This document shows positions 50,564 through 61,161 of a stretch of 64,000 nt of DNA, piece after piece (positions within the stretch are counted from its first letter, which is position 1; each line of letters begins with the position of its first letter). Source of the stretch: Neomegalonema perideroedes DSM 15528. GTDB taxonomy: Bacteria > Pseudomonadota > Alphaproteobacteria > Rhodobacterales > Rhodobacteraceae. Under the pieces are notes generated by a model. It did not search any database, was not told the DNA's origin, and saw only the letters and a program-made list of their open reading frames with translations. The position numbers and the translations under genes were made by a program. The stretch is taken from the NCBI RefSeq assembly GCF_000374145.1, contig NZ_KB893654.1, forward strand, positions 520,995 to 584,994, given 5' to 3'.

Positions 50564-50860
50564 TTGCGGGTCATGCTGAAGGTCGTCGCTCAGGATTTCA
50601 TCAGGCCGGAGGCGCTGGAGATCGTCGCGCCGCTCTATCGGGAGCTGGTCGAGAAGACCCGACAGGAGAAGCTTTGTCTGGCCTATGATCTTTTCGTGGA
50701 CCAGAAAGATCCCGGACATTTCGTCTTCATCGAGCGATGGCCGGATCGGGCCGCCCTGAAGGCGCATTGCGAAACGGAGCATTTCCGGCGATTGGTTCCT
50801 CTGATCAACGCCCATCAGAGGCGGGATCCGATCATCACGCTGATGGACGCCTTCGCCTGA
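50564..50860 (+). CDS. antibiotic-biosynthesis-monooxygenase (ABM) domain protein / putative quinol monooxygenase
   Basis: ORF 50564..50860, ~95 aa. ferredoxin-like ABM fold pattern (FVFIERWPDRAALKAHCETEHF). Confidence 0.6.
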   Translation: MRVMLKVVAQDFIRPEALEIVAPLYRELVEKTRQEKLCLAYDLFVDQKDPGHFVFIERWPDRAALKAHCETEHFRRLVPLINAHQRRDPIITLMDAFA

Positions 50861-50903
50861 CCTGCGGAGCGCGCCCTCCGCGCAAATCCTGAGGGAGGGG
50901 CTC

Positions 50904-51539
50904 ATGATGCTGCGGTCGTTCGGGTTCCTGAGGGCTGGAGGCTGGAGGGCGGCGAGGCTCGGCGCTTTGGCTCTGGCGCTTCTGACGAATCCGGCTTGGG
51001 GCGGCGTCCGGCTGGAGCGCTCGGCTCTGGCCGTGACCCTCGACGGAACGAGCTATCAGGTTCAGCTCAAAGGGCGGCTCAACGCGCCGAAGGAGCTGGA
51101 CCTCACCGATCCGGCGGCCGCGCGGGCTTGGGAGTCCTTCGTGGCCGCATTGCCGCGTCAGCCGGGCTATCGTCAGGCGGATCTGCGGGTGGGGGGGCGC
51201 GCCGAGATCGAGATTAGGCTCAGCGGCGAATTGACTCCTTCCAAGCCGATCCTCGGCCTGCCCTTCACGCAGGCGCCGGAGACCGAGGGCAATCTGTTCT
51301 TTCTGCGGCTGATGGAGGACGGAAACGTCGAAATCAGCCTCAATCCCAAGGGCGCCGAGCCCGGAGCCCCCCTGAGGGCGGACGTCCGGGTCCGGATTCG
51401 CCGGGGAATCCCGCTGAAGGCCGAGGGCGCCGAGCGCCCCACGCCGGGCGAGCCCTGGGTCTGGCGGATCTCTTCGCCGGAGGCGCCGATGCTTTTGCGT
51501 CTGCGCCCGCCCTTCAATTTTTTCGGAGTTCAGCCATGA
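50904..51539 (+). CDS. hypothetical secreted protein
   Basis: ORF 50904..51539. Signal-like N-terminus. Its stop overlaps the start of the downstream YbaK-like gene (ATGA). Confidence 0.45.
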   Translation: MMLRSFGFLRAGGWRAARLGALALALLTNPAWGGVRLERSALAVTLDGTSYQVQLKGRLNAPKELDLTDPAAARAWESFVAALPRQPGYRQADLRVGGRAEIEIRLSGELTPSKPILGLPFTQAPETEGNLFFLRLMEDGNVEISLNPKGAEPGAPLRADVRVRIRRGIPLKAEGAERPTPGEPWVWRISSPEAPMLLRLRPPFNFFGVQP

Positions 51540-52009
51540 GTTTGGAGAGCGTGCGCGCCTTCTTCGCCGAGAAGGCGCCGGATGTGGAGCTGCTGGTGAC
51601 GGAGGCCAGCACGGCCACGGTGGCGCTCGCCGCCGAGGTCCATGGCGTGGAGCCGGGCCAGATCGCGAAGACGCTGTCTCTGAGCCTGAACGACCAGCCC
51701 ATCCTGATCGTCGCGCGCGGCGACGCCCGGCTGGATAATAAGAAATACCGCGCCCGCTTCGGGGCCAAGGCCAAGATGCTCGACGCCGAGGCGGCTTTGG
51801 CGGCGACCTCGCATCCGGTGGGCGGGATCTGCCCCTTCGGCCTGCCCGAGGGCGTGACGGTCTATTGCGACGTCTCGCTGAAGGCCTTCGCGGAGGTGGT
51901 GCCCGCCGCCGGAGCCCCTAACGCCGCCGTGCGCATCGGAACCGAGCGAATGGCGGATCTCGTCGGCGCGGAATGGGTGGACGTCTGTCAGGAGCCGCAG
52001 GCGGCCTAA
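51536..52009 (+). CDS. YbaK/EbsC-like aminoacyl-tRNA deacylase domain protein
   Basis: ORF 51536..52009. The GAKAKMLDAEAALAATSHPVGGICPFG region resembles YbaK/ProX trans-editing domains. Confidence 0.6.
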   Translation: MSLESVRAFFAEKAPDVELLVTEASTATVALAAEVHGVEPGQIAKTLSLSLNDQPILIVARGDARLDNKKYRARFGAKAKMLDAEAALAATSHPVGGICPFGLPEGVTVYCDVSLKAFAEVVPAAGAPNAAVRIGTERMADLVGAEWVDVCQEPQAA

Positions 52010-52019
52010 GGCGGCGTTC

Positions 52020-52655
52020 TTAGGCTCCCGCCGCCAGAGCGAAGGCGCGGATCCTCGCGGGGTCCTTCGCGCCCGGCGCGGATTCCACCCCCGAGGAGAC
52101 GTCCACGCGCGGCGCGCCCGTGCGGGCCACGGCCTCGGCGACGTTCTCCGGCGTGAGGCCGCCGGCCAGCATCCAAGGCCCCGGCCAGCGGCGCCCCGCG
52201 AGCAGGCCCCAGTCGAAGGCGAGGCCGTTGCCGCCCGGCAGAGCGGCGCCCGGCGCGGGCTTGGCGTCGAAAAGGATCATGTCGGCGGCCTGAGCCAGCC
52301 GCAGCGCGAGCGGAAAATCCGCCTCCGCGCCCAAGGGCGCCGCCGCGATCAGCGGCAGCCCCGCCCGACGGCGCAAAGCCGCCAGACGCGCCGGATCCTC
52401 GACCTTATGGATCTGGATCATGTCCAGAGCCGCAAGCTCCAGAACGGCGTCGAGATCTTCATCCTTGGGATTGACGAAAAGCCCGACCTTGCAGAGCCCC
52501 GCGGGCGCCTCGCGGGCGAGGGCGGCGGCGGCTTCGGCGGTCAGAGCGCGCGGCGAAGGCGGAAAGAACACGAAGCCCGCATAACGGGCTCCGGCCTCCG
52601 CCGCGACGGCGAGATCCGCCGTCGAGCGGATCCCGCAGATCTTCACTTCCGCCAT
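52020..52655 (-). CDS. trpF: phosphoribosylanthranilate isomerase
   Basis: ORF 52020..52655. MAEVKICGI start and a TIM-barrel PRAI sequence. Confidence 0.85.
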   Translation of the reverse strand: MAEVKICGIRSTADLAVAAEAGARYAGFVFFPPSPRALTAEAAAALAREAPAGLCKVGLFVNPKDEDLDAVLELAALDMIQIHKVEDPARLAALRRRAGLPLIAAAPLGAEADFPLALRLAQAADMILFDAKPAPGAALPGGNGLAFDWGLLAGRRWPGPWMLAGGLTPENVAEAVARTGAPRVDVSSGVESAPGAKDPARIRAFALAAGA

Positions 52656-52662
52656 GACGGAC

Positions 52663-52971
52663 TCACAGGCCGCTTCCGGCGGGCTGAAGCGCGGCGAGCT
52701 TGGCCTCGGCTTCAGCGAGGCGACGCTCGGCGCGGGCCTTTTCGCGACGCTCTCCGGCTTCCCGGATCCATTCCAGCACGACGCCGATCAGCAGGCCCAG
52801 AAGGGCCGCCCCGATCACGAGGGCCGCCAGCGGAAGCTCGACTTGAGCCGGACTGACGATCCCCAGACCAAGCGGATCGAGCCGCACCGTCACCGGATGC
52901 GGATTCATCATGATGAGCGCCGCCAGAGGCGTCGCCAGCAAGGCCAGAAGGATCAGCTTCAGATAGGTCAC
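52663..52971 (-). CDS. LapA-domain (DUF1049) inner-membrane protein
   Basis: ORF 52663..52971. Two TM helices plus a basic/coiled tail. This is the conserved alphaproteobacterial position between ihfB and trpF. Confidence 0.65.
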   Translation of the reverse strand: MTYLKLILLALLATPLAALIMMNPHPVTVRLDPLGLGIVSPAQVELPLAALVIGAALLGLLIGVVLEWIREAGERREKARAERRLAEAEAKLAALQPAGSGL

Positions 52972-53013
52972 CCCGAACTCCCGTTGCCCAGAGGGGGCGC
53001 GGGGCTTTCAGCC

Positions 53014-53310
53014 TCACGCCTCCGGATTGAAATCGACGTTGATGCGCTCGCGCAGCTCCTTGCCCGTCTTGAAGAAAGGCACGCGCTTTTGCGGCACCGA
53101 CACGGTTTCGCCTGTGCGCGGATTGCGGCCTTGGCGCTCCTCGCGCTGTTTGACCGAAAAGGCGCCGAAACCGCGCAACTCCACCCGGTCCCCTCGCGTG
53201 AGGGCGGCCGAGATTTCGTCGAACACGGTGGCGACCACCCGCTCCACGTCCCGCTGATACAAATGCGGATGACGTTCCGCAAGCGCATCGACGAGTTCGG
53301 ACTTGATCAT
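53014..53310 (-). CDS. ihfB: integration host factor subunit beta
   Basis: Internal start [17 protein letters not shown] at 53310 of ORF 53014..53445. HU/IHF fold ([24 protein letters not shown]). Confidence 0.9.
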   Translation of the reverse strand: MIKSELVDALAERHPHLYQRDVERVVATVFDEISAALTRGDRVELRGFGAFSVKQREERQGRNPRTGETVSVPQKRVPFFKTGKELRERINVDFNPEA

Positions 53311-53653
53311 ATGGCGGCTTCCCCTCTTTGTCGCGCGCGGTTTGCGACGCGCGATGTCCGCAGCTTTCACGCGCCTGCCGACGCGAAATCCGCATGCCCC
53401 TCTCACTTGTGCGCATCCGCGTTTCGGCTGTCGCTCGAACCGCAAGACGCCCGCCCGTCGCGCGCTCCCCGAGCGCGATAGGTGGTCGAAACCTCAATCC
53501 TTTGTGTTTATTCAAGCCACTATGCGCATTTGACGGCTCAACGTCAACCGCGTCTTGACGAAATCGGAAGGGAGGGGCTCGGGAGCATCGCCTGTGTCGT
53601 TCGGAGATCGCATCCCCCGAAAAACTTAACGATTCCGCGGGTCTCGGAGCTTT

Positions 53654-54802
53654 TCAGGGGGTTGGGGCCCGCTCGGCGGGGGTCAGACGCCAGACCCGGC
53701 CCGGAGAGCCGTCTTCGATGGCCCAGACCGAGCCGTCCGGGGCGGTCTCCACGTCGCGGATTCGGGTCTCGAAACTCCAGCGGTCGAGCTGACGGGCGCC
53801 CTCGGCCCGGTCGAAGGCCACGCGGACGATTCCCTCTCCCGCCAGAGCCCCGATCAGCGCCGAATCCCGCCAGTCGGGGAAGAGGTCGCCTTGGTAGAAG
53901 GTCAGGCCCGCCGGAGCGATCACCGGGGCCCAATAGAGGGCGGGCTCCGTGAATTCGGGGCGGGCGGGGGGCTTCGGAATGGCCCGTCCGCCGTAATGGA
54001 CGCCGTAAGAGACCTCCGGCCAGCCGTAATTGGCGCCGGCCTTGATCAGATTCAGCTCGTCGCCGCCCTGAGGCCCCATCTCATGCGACCAGAGCCGCCC
54101 GTCCGGCGCGAAGGCGAGGCCGTAGGGGTTGCGGTGGCCGGTGGACCATATGAGCGCCCGCACGCCGCCTTCGGCCTCCCAAGGGTTGCCCGGGGCCGCC
54201 GCGCCGTCGAGGGTCAGGCGCAGGATCTTGCCGAGCGCCTGATCCGGGTCTTGCGCGGGGGCCATCCTCTGGCGGTCGCCGACGGTGAGGAAAAGACTCT
54301 CGCCCGAGGGATCAAAGGCGATGATCGCGCCGGGATGGCCTCCGCCGCCCTTGGGCTCCTGACGCCAAAGCACGGCGAGATCCTCCAGCCGGGCCGCGCC
54401 CTCGGCCTCCACGAGCTTCGCCCGCGCCAGAGCGGGGCCGCTTCCGCCTTCGCCGGGCTCGGCGTAGGTGAAGTAGATCTCGCCCGTCTCGGCGAAGCGC
54501 GGCGAGGGGGCCGCATGGAAAAGCCCGTTCTGGCCGCCATAGGCCACAGGCGGAACGCCCGAAACCTTCAGCTTCTCGCCCGTCGGCCGGAGGAGGAGGA
54601 GCGCGCCCTCATGCTCCGTGACCAGAGCCCGCCCGTCCGGCAGGAAGGCCAGAGCCCAAGGCGAGTTCATTTCGGCGATCTCGGTCAGAACGAAGGGGCG
54701 CGTCTCGGAGAAGGGGGCCTCGCCGAAATTCGGGGCCTCTTGGGCTTGTGCGGCGAAGCCCCAGAGGGCGAGGGCGGCGAGCGGAGGAATCGGGCGGCGC
54801 AT
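53654..54802 (-). CDS. PQQ-dependent soluble sugar dehydrogenase (glucose/sorbosone dehydrogenase family, YliI-like)
   Basis: ORF 53654..54802. Signal peptide. Beta-propeller repeats with a conserved HRNPxG-type segment (STGHRNPYGLAF). Confidence 0.75.
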   Translation of the reverse strand: MRRPIPPLAALALWGFAAQAQEAPNFGEAPFSETRPFVLTEIAEMNSPWALAFLPDGRALVTEHEGALLLLRPTGEKLKVSGVPPVAYGGQNGLFHAAPSPRFAETGEIYFTYAEPGEGGSGPALARAKLVEAEGAARLEDLAVLWRQEPKGGGGHPGAIIAFDPSGESLFLTVGDRQRMAPAQDPDQALGKILRLTLDGAAAPGNPWEAEGGVRALIWSTGHRNPYGLAFAPDGRLWSHEMGPQGGDELNLIKAGANYGWPEVSYGVHYGGRAIPKPPARPEFTEPALYWAPVIAPAGLTFYQGDLFPDWRDSALIGALAGEGIVRVAFDRAEGARQLDRWSFETRIRDVETAPDGSVWAIEDGSPGRVWRLTPAERAPTP

Positions 54803-54916
54803 GCGGGATCTCCTGAAATCGGGGCCTTCAGGCGGGCGAGGCCGGAAAGCCGGGGTTTCGGGGGCGGAGCCCTTGTCCGACCAAATCGGCCAAACGCTCC
54901 GGCTTCTTGTATGGTC

Positions 54917-54960
54917 GCGTTTTCGCGACGCGAAGCTCTCTGCTTCGCTGGAAAACGCTC
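54917..54960. repeat. REP-like element (copy e)
   Basis: gcgttttcgcgacgcgaagc-tctctg-cttcgctggaaaacgctc. Confidence 0.7.
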
Positions 54961-54996
54961 CGAGGCCGCGCCGTCCTCAAGGGGCTTTCGCGCGCT

Positions 54997-56112
54997 TCAG
55001 CGAATGGCCCAGAGCACGCCGCGGCGGCCGCTCAGAGCTTCGGCCGAACCGCTCACGCCGAGTTGCTCGGCGATGCGTTCGATCAGGAGCTTTTGCCGCG
55101 GGGCGGCGGGAGAACGATTGCGGATCTCCAGATCCTCGGCGATCTCTTTTTCGCTCTCCAGCCAGGCGACGGCCTCCTGCTCGCCGCCGAGCCCGTCGAT
55201 GAGACGAGCCTCCAGCGCCTGACGGCCCGTGAAGACGCGTCCGTCGCCCACGGAGCGCGCTTCATTGTCGTTCATCTGGCGACGCTCCTTCACGAGGTCC
55301 AGAAACCAGGCGTAGGAATCGTTCACGACGGCTTGATCCGCCGCCACCGCCGCCGGATCCACCGGCTGGAAGGGCGAGGGCGCCGCCTTGAGCGGGGCGC
55401 TTTTGACCTCGATCATCTCCACGCCGAGACGCTCGGCCAGCTCGTAGAAATTCGGCGATTGCGAGATCACGCCGATGGAGCCCGTGATGCTGTTCCCGCG
55501 CGCGAGCAGATGATCCGCCGCCAGAGCCGCGATATAGCCGCCCGAAGCCGCCTGTTCGCCCATCACCGCCACGAGGGGCTTGGCCTCCGCGACGACGCGC
55601 AGGGCTTCGTAAAGCTCCTCCGAGCCGACCACCGTGCCGCCGGGGCTGTCGATGCTCAGGACCACCGCCTTGACCGCCTCCTCCTCGGCGAGGTCGCGCA
55701 GGAAGGCGTCGCGCAGGCGGTCGCTCGTGATCACGTCGACCACGCGGATGCGGGCGATATGGTCGGAGGCGGCGGCCTTGCCGAGGGTCTGCAGCGAATT
55801 GGAGAGGAAGGCGCCGCCGATCAGCAGCAGAGTCAGCACGCCGAAGAGCCGCCAGCGGCCTCGGCTGCGCCTGACCCTCTGGCGCTCCTCCTCGCCTTGC
55901 AGCGCGGCGGCGAAGGCGGCGGTCAGGGCCGCCGGATCGCTCGCCGGAGCGGCGGGCCCGGCCCCGAGGCGCGGCGCGGCGCCGAAGCCCGCGGGCGCGG
56001 TTCTCGCTCCGGAGGAGAGGGAGGGGGGCGCCGAGGGGACGCCCGGCGCGGGCGGCGGAGCGCCGCCCTCGGAGGAGTAGCCGGAGGGCGGCGGAGAGGG
56101 AGGCGTGGTCAT
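54997..56112 (-). CDS. sppA: signal peptide peptidase SppA (36K type)
   Basis: ORF 54997..56112. ClpP/crotonase-fold S49 peptidase (VVLSIDSPGGTVVGSEE...AASGGYIAA). Pro/Ala-rich N-terminus, so the true start may be downstream. Confidence 0.8.
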   Translation of the reverse strand: MTTPPSPPPSGYSSEGGAPPPAPGVPSAPPSLSSGARTAPAGFGAAPRLGAGPAAPASDPAALTAAFAAALQGEEERQRVRRSRGRWRLFGVLTLLLIGGAFLSNSLQTLGKAAASDHIARIRVVDVITSDRLRDAFLRDLAEEEAVKAVVLSIDSPGGTVVGSEELYEALRVVAEAKPLVAVMGEQAASGGYIAALAADHLLARGNSITGSIGVISQSPNFYELAERLGVEMIEVKSAPLKAAPSPFQPVDPAAVAADQAVVNDSYAWFLDLVKERRQMNDNEARSVGDGRVFTGRQALEARLIDGLGGEQEAVAWLESEKEIAEDLEIRNRSPAAPRQKLLIERIAEQLGVSGSAEALSGRRGVLWAIR

Positions 56113-56551
56113 GGCGAGGGCGGACTCCGAAAGAACAGCTTGAATATCCGCGTGAAGTTAAGAACCGCCGCCTGAAGAAGCAATGCGAAATCACGCGAGG
56201 GCGGCGCTTCTCTCGCGGATATGGCGAACGCGCTCAAAGGTTTGGCGCGAGGCCGGGACGAAAGTCGGGCATGAAGGAGGGCGGGGGGAGGGGGCGCAAT
56301 CCTTCCTTATGCGGAGATTTCGCGCCTGAGGCCCCGGAGCGCCGCCCAAGGCCGCCGGGCGCTTCGCTCAAAGCAGGGGGGCGGAGCAGGGGCCGGATCG
56401 CCGGCTGGATCGGGGGGCTGGCTCTGGGGAGCCGGAAAATGCGCCTTGCGGCGGAAAAGAGCGTTTTCGCGTCTCGGGAAAAGGTTTTAAGAAGGCGCGC
56501 CCGCCGCGTCGAGCTTCGGCGCGGGGATCGCGGGCGCGAGGAGGGACGGAT

Positions 56552-57194
56552 CATGCGCGTCGTGGTGGTCGATTACGGCTCCGGCAATCTGCATTCGGCG
56601 CTCAAGGCGCTGGAGCGGGCGGGGCGCGACGCAGGCTTGAATCTCGACGTGGGGCTGGCCGCCACGGGCGAGGAGGTCGCCGCCGCCGACCGCATCCTTT
56701 TGCCGGGCGTGGGCGCCTTCGCGGCCTGCGAAGAAGGTCTGAGGGCGCGTCCCGGCGTGGTCGAGGCTCTGGAGGAGGCGGTTCTCCAGCGCGGCAGGCC
56801 CTTTCTCGGGGTCTGCGTGGGAATGCAGCTTCTGGCGGAGAAGGGGCTGGAGTTCGGCGAACATCCCGGCCTGAACTGGCTCGGCGGCGAGGTGCGGCGG
56901 CTGACGCCCTCCGATCCGGCGCTGAAGATCCCGCATATGGGTTGGAACGCGCTGCGGATCCTGCGGCCTCATCCCCTCTTCGCGGGGCTGGCGCCGGAGA
57001 CTCAGGCCTATTTCGTCCATTCCTATCATCTCGTCCCGGCGCGGGCGGAGGACGTGGCGGCTCAGGCCGATTACGGCGGAGCGGTCACCGCCGCCGTGGC
57101 GCGCGACAACCTCGCCGGATTGCAGTTCCATCCGGAGAAGTCTCAGGCGGCGGGGCTCCGGATCCTGACGAACTTCCTGAACTGGCGGCCCTGA
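56552..57194 (+). CDS. hisH: imidazole glycerol phosphate synthase glutaminase subunit
   Basis: ATG at 56552 (MRVVVVDYGSGNLHS) within ORF 56271..57194. GVCVGMQ catalytic Cys. HPEKS. Confidence 0.9.
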
Positions 57195-57254
57195 CCTCCG
57201 GGGCGGGCGGCGCGCTCTCCGGCTGCGGAGAGCGCGCGGGCGCGGATGGGCGGC

Positions 57255-57755
57255 TTAATCGGCCTGCACGTAGACCGGGCGGGCGCGCAGAGCGTCCGAA
57301 GCCCATCCGCCTTCATGGACGCGGGAATCGTCGCGCCAGACGCGGCATTTGAAATCGGCGATCTCCCAGGAGCAGGAGGCCGCGACCGCGGCCGGGGCGC
57401 TCACCGCGCAATCGGCCGCGCCGCAGATGGTCTTGCCGCTGGCGGTCTGGGAGCAGCTGTTGCAGCCGATCTGCGTCTGCTGGCATCCGGCGGCGAAGAG
57501 GGCCTCGATCCAATGGGCGTCGAAGGCGGCGCTGTGGATGAGCGTGCCCGGCTCGGTGCTGGCCTCGCTGTAGATGGTCGCCGCGCCGCAGACGAGCGGG
57601 GCGGGAGAGGCCGCGGCCTCCTCCTGCGCGACGGTCGGGGACGCGGCGGGAGCCTCTTCGGCCAGCGCGGGCGGCGCGAGCAGCGCCGCCGCTATGGCGG
57701 CGAGCGCGGCGCGTTTGAAGATCGCGGGGCGGGCTGGCGTCATGGCGGCTCCCAT
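57255..57755 (-). CDS. secreted Cys-rich hypothetical protein
   Basis: ORF 57255..57755. Signal peptide. At least nine Cys in the mature part. Sits on the opposite strand between hisH and hisA. Confidence 0.45.
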   Translation of the reverse strand: MGAAMTPARPAIFKRAALAAIAAALLAPPALAEEAPAASPTVAQEEAAASPAPLVCGAATIYSEASTEPGTLIHSAAFDAHWIEALFAAGCQQTQIGCNSCSQTASGKTICGAADCAVSAPAAVAASCSWEIADFKCRVWRDDSRVHEGGWASDALRARPVYVQAD

Positions 57756-57887
57756 CGGGCGGCTCCTGTCAGGCGTCTTATTTGAGCTTCGGGCGTCGGA
57801 TAAAGGCGAATTTGCGGCGCGAAAGATGAACGAAAGCTTTCATTCCGTATACAGTAAAGCGGGCGGCCTGACCTTTCGCGCGCCCTT

Positions 57888-57933
57888 GAGCGTTCTCCAG
57901 CGAATCCGATCAGGCTTCGCGTCGTGAAAATGC
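57888..57933. repeat. REP-like element (copy f)
   Basis: gagcgttctccagcgaatc-cgatcag-gcttcgcgtcgtgaaaatgc. Confidence 0.7.
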
Positions 57934-58062
57934 GGCCCCAAAAGAACTTGGAGCGTGTGAACGGCCCGATTTGGTCGGAAAGCGCTCCAAGCTTTCCTTT
58001 CGGCGCGTCCTGCGCTACGCCCAAGCGGAAATCACCCGGCGCCGCGCGCGAGGAGACCGCTC

Positions 58063-58799
58063 TTGACCTCCATGATTCTTTACCCGGCCATCGATTTGAA
58101 AGAAGGGCGCTGCGTGCGGCTCTATAAGGGCGACATGGCTCAGGCGACCGTCTTCAACGAAGACCCGGCGGCTCAGGCGGCGGAGTTCGTCGCGGCGGGC
58201 TGCGACTGGCTGCATCTGGTGGATCTCGACGGCGCCTTCGCCGGAAAGCCCGCCAACGCCGCCGCCGTGGAGGGGATCCTCAGGGCCGCCAAGGTTCCGG
58301 TCCAGCTCGGCGGGGGCGTCCGGAGCATGGAGGTTCTGGAAGGCTGGCTGGAGAAGGGCGTGCGCCGCGTGATCCTCGGGACGGCGGCGCTCCGCGATCC
58401 GGATTTCGTCAAACGCGCCGCCAAGGCCCATCCGGGACGGGTGGCGGTGGGGATCGACGCCCGCGAAGGCCGCGTCGCCGTCGAGGGCTGGGCCGAGACC
58501 TCCGACGTGACGGCTCTGGAGCTGGCCCGCCGCTTCGAAGACGCCGGAGTCGCGGCGATCATCTACACCGACATCGAGCGCGACGGCGCCATGCAGGGGC
58601 CGAACGTCGAGGCGACGGCGGCTCTGGCGCGGGCGGTGCGCATTCCGGTGATCGCTTCGGGCGGAGTCTCCTCGCTGGACGATCTGCGGGCCCTGCGCGA
58701 CAGCGGCGCCCCGCTGGACGGCGCGATCTCCGGCCGAGCGCTTTACGACGGGCGCATCGACGTGAAAAGCGCCGCCGCCGTGCTCAAGGGAGAAATCGC

Positions 58800-58803
<4 letters not shown>
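58063..58803 (+). CDS. hisA: ProFAR isomerase
   Basis: ORF 58063..58803. [20 protein letters not shown]-barrel HisA. Confidence 0.95.
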
Positions 58804-59564
<761 letters not shown>

Positions 59565-59588
59565 GGCCCGCCCGCGCTCAGCCCTTTC

Positions 59589-60503
59589 TCACTCGGCGGC
59601 GATGAGGAAATCCTCGTCGGGATCGACGGGGCGCGTCAGGGCCGCCAAGGACTCCATGGCGGCCAGCCGCGCGATCACCGGCGCCAGCCGCGCGCGGAAG
59701 GCCTCGAAGCCCGAACGCCGCTCCACTTTGGCCTCGTCGAGGTAGAGCCCGCGGTTGATCTCGATCTGAATCGCATGGAGCCCCTCGCGCGGACGGCCCC
59801 AGAACTCCGTGATGTAGCCCCCCGCGAAAGGCGCGTTGCGGGCCACGCGAAAGCCGGCCTCGGCGAAGATCCGCGCGGCTTCGGCCGTCAGCTCGGCGCC
59901 GGCCGCGACGCCGTGGCGGTCGCCGAGGATCACGTCCGGCCCCGCCTCGCCGCTCCGGCGCGCCGATTCCGAGGGCATGGAGTGGCAATCGAGCAGCAGA
60001 GCCGCGCCGAAGCGCCGCCGCGTCCGCAGGAGCAGCGCCTCCAGCCGGGCGTGATAGGGCTGATGACAGGAGGCGATCCGCTCGCGCACCTCGGCGTAGG
60101 GGATCTTCTCCGCGTAGATCCGGCGGCCCTCGCCCACCACGCGCGGCGCCACCCCGAGCCCCGCCGAGGCGCGCGGGCTGCGCAGGCGCTGATGCGGCGC
60201 GTCGGAGATCAGGGCGGGATCCAGTTCCTCGGAGGAGCGGTTGGCGTCCACCCAGGCGCGGGGGAAATGGGCTTTGAGCAGCGGCGCGCCGCAAGCGGGG
60301 GCGCAGTCGAATAATTCCTCGACGAAAGCGTCCTCGGAGCTGCGCAGAAGGGTCTTGTGCAAAGGCGAGCGGCGGATCAGGCTTTCCGGATATACGCGGC
60401 CGCTATGGGGCGAACTGAAGACCACGGCGCTGGTCAGGCGCGCGGGCTCCTCCACCTCCAGAGGGGGATGGTCGCCGAAAGGGGGAAAGGGAACGCCGTG
60501 CAT
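59589..60503 (-). CDS. N-formylglutamate amidohydrolase family protein
   Basis: Internal start MHGVPFPPF at 60503 of ORF 59589..60617. FGase-family sequence (HSGRVYP...LLDCHSMPS). Confidence 0.7.
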   Translation of the reverse strand: MHGVPFPPFGDHPPLEVEEPARLTSAVVFSSPHSGRVYPESLIRRSPLHKTLLRSSEDAFVEELFDCAPACGAPLLKAHFPRAWVDANRSSEELDPALISDAPHQRLRSPRASAGLGVAPRVVGEGRRIYAEKIPYAEVRERIASCHQPYHARLEALLLRTRRRFGAALLLDCHSMPSESARRSGEAGPDVILGDRHGVAAGAELTAEAARIFAEAGFRVARNAPFAGGYITEFWGRPREGLHAIQIEINRGLYLDEAKVERRSGFEAFRARLAPVIARLAAMESLAALTRPVDPDEDFLIAAE

Positions 60504-60718
60504 GCCCGTCCGTGCTCCTGAGGCTCCGCGAGCCCGCCTTGAGGTCTCCGAATCGCGCCCGGCTCGGTTCATCCCTGCGGGCGTCGTCCATCCTACCCCG
60601 GAAGATGAAAAAAACACCAGCGCCCAAACCCTTTATTAGGCGCATTCGTCCTATCCTGCGAATCGTCAACCCGTCCGGATGAGACGAGGCGGGGGCTGGA
60701 TAGAGATGGAGGCGGTCT

Positions 60719-61081
60719 ATGGCGACGGTCATGCTCGCGACGCGGAACGACGACATGCGCGGCTATCTCGCCGCCAAGCTCAAGCGCTCCGGTCATGCGG
60801 TCTCGCGGGTGGCGGACTACCATTCGGCGCTCACGCTGCTGGAGGAGAACGCTTACGACGTTCTGCTCACCACGGTCGAGGCCGACAGCTCCGACGAGCT
60901 GGATCTCGCCCGCGCCGCCCGGCGCATCGATCCTGACATGCGCGTGATGTTCATCACCGGCTTCTCGGCGGTGGCGCTGATGCCTCCGGCGGAGGAGGGC
61001 GCGCGCGGCATGACCCTCGGCGAGCCGGTGCACCTCAACCGCCTTGGCGAGGAGCTGCGGCGTCTGGTCCGCGCCGCCTGA
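60719..61081 (+). CDS. single-domain receiver-like protein, atypical (phospho-acceptor Asp apparently replaced)
   Basis: ORF 60719..61081, 120 aa. CheY-like layout (NDD near the N-terminus, conserved T in ITGFS), but the position expected to hold the Asp reads VLLTTVEAD. Confidence 0.55.
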   Translation: MATVMLATRNDDMRGYLAAKLKRSGHAVSRVADYHSALTLLEENAYDVLLTTVEADSSDELDLARAARRIDPDMRVMFITGFSAVALMPPAEEGARGMTLGEPVHLNRLGEELRRLVRAA

Positions 61082-61121
61082 GCCGGATCCGCGGCGCAGG
61101 CTGAAATTCAAAAGGGCGCCG

Positions 61122-61155
61122 CGAGGCGCCCTTCGTCGTTTTCGGCGGTCTTTGG
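61122..61155. terminator. bidirectional rho-independent terminator between the convergent receiver-like gene and leuB
   Basis: Hairpin agggcgcc-gcga-ggcgccct. It is flanked by tcgtcgttttcgg on the plus strand and ttttgaatttcag on the minus strand. Confidence 0.65.
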
Positions 61156-61161
61156 AGCGCC

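Noticed and set aside
56271-56551. N-terminal 93-aa extension of the hisH ORF in the track
   Set aside because: The extension is Arg/Gly-rich junk. A good ATG at 56552 with conserved HisH N-terminus MRVVVVDYGSGN marks the real start.
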